Part shown: piece after piece, positions 62,909 through 64,000 of the stretch
How the letters are laid out: every line of letters begins with the position of its first letter
Numbering within the stretch: position 1 is the first letter of the stretch
DNA from: Podarcis erhardii
Taxonomy: Eukaryota
Reading direction: 5' to 3' (one strand)
DNA length: 64,000 bases
NCBI GenBank assembly: GCA_964252035.1
Contig: OZ176202.1
The notes under the pieces: generated by a model
Databases searched by the model: none
What the model saw: only the letters and a program-made list of their open reading frames with translations
Told to the model about the DNA's origin: nothing
Program-made: the position numbers and the translations under genes

Positions 62909-63045
62909 CAGGGTGGAGAACCTCCACATGTTGATGGTCCACAGTTCCCATCAGCCCCAACCAGCATGGCCAATGGTCAATGGTTGGGGATGAGGGAAGT
63001 TGTAGGCCCAACAGCTTTTGATGGCCACAGCTCTCCCTACCCCTG
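62909..63045. mobile_element. Degenerate ~137-bp hAT MITE
   Basis: CAGGGTGGAGAACC start, TCCCTACCCCTG end, and the shared TCCCATCA...GGGAAGTTGTAG core. No TSD. Confidence 0.6.
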
Positions 63046-64000
63046 CCCAATTTGGACCAAACCCTTGTGATGTTTCCTTCCTCAGCTATTGCCCTGCCCT
63101 TCCACCTTAAAAAAACACACCCCTCTTTATTTAATTCTTTCAGAATTAATTCCTTTCAGAATTAAATACAGGAAACAAAAGTCAAATAGAAACAAGAACA
63201 ACCCCTCCCTCAGTTGTTGTACTGCCTCTACCACAGTTATCAGAGGGGGAAAATATTTCTATTTCTTTTTGGAAAATATGTGGAATTGGTAACATGGCAG
63301 CTGGTGACCATCAATATTCCATTAATTTATTTTGCAAATTCACAAAAGCTAAACCAATACACTACACAACCCCAGCTCAAGGATCGCTCCCCTTGGGGAA
63401 GTGGAACAAACAAAAAAACCACTGGTCCAGAAATCCCTTTGAGACATATTATTTATTTAACAGGATTTATATACCACTCAGTCATCAACACCTCTAAGCA
63501 GTTTAAACATGGTGTAAAATTTACATTAAAACCAATAAAACCAGATGTTAAAAATTAGTTTAAATATATCAAAAAATAAAGAAAATTAGCACTTTAAAAG
63601 AAGTTATAAAATAAACTTACCTGTTAAAGTACATGTATTTGCAGGCTCACAGTGCAATTGTTTGCATGTCTACTTAGAAGCAAGTCCCACTGAATTCGAC
63701 AAGACTCACTCTGAGGTAAGTGTGTTACTATAAGACACACTTTATTTCAAGTGAGTTCCAAAGGAAAAGCTGCTCTGGCATCCCATTGATGTTTGATTTG
63801 TCCTCTGAATTTTCTTCCATAGTGACAGCAACACAAAAAGCCATAGGCAGGCTCAAATGTTTATGTGGCATATGAAACTTCCCCCGAAGCCTCTCCAAAC
63901 ATCTGGGAGGGCATTAACATAACACAGTTGTTAGTGCCTGTCATGGTCAGTATGGCAATTCTCCCTCTCTCTTTCTTGCTTTCACTAGGCTAGGGAAGTG

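Noticed and set aside
63615-63625. Perfect minus-strand donor CAG|GTAAGT
   Set aside because: No matching acceptor nearby, and the would-be exon runs into a hairpin repeat.

Overview
This is vertebrate nuclear DNA from a squamate reptile. Sauria SINE, Bov-B, CR1 and L2 content establishes this; a lacertid lizard is likely but rests on my recognition of repeat subfamilies. The window is a repeat-rich non-coding stretch, probably a large intron or a region next to a gene's 5' end, since the first ~600 bp are CpG-rich with GC boxes. I could not identify any host protein-coding exon, RNA gene or CRISPR array. The only ORFs I can assign are 3' fragments of LINE ORF2 (CR1, L2, Bov-B). Recognisable content: seven Sauria SINEs in two subfamilies, two Bov-B 3' ends, several CR1 and L2 fragments, tRNA-Ala-, tRNA-Lys- and MIR-like SINEs, four Tigger/mariner-like MITEs, about ten hAT-like MITEs, many microsatellites and three assembly gaps. 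The best-supported unusual items are a minimal type I hammerhead ribozyme in an inverted Penelope-like remnant (3909-3946, minus strand) and a promoter-like 437-bp insert between perfect 24-bp direct repeats (38920-39404). A hairpin-masked candidate microexon (54703-54749) and a few candidate plus-strand exons are weaker. I found no evidence of a wholly new multi-gene system. Coordinates and counts were read by hand and may be off by a few bases.
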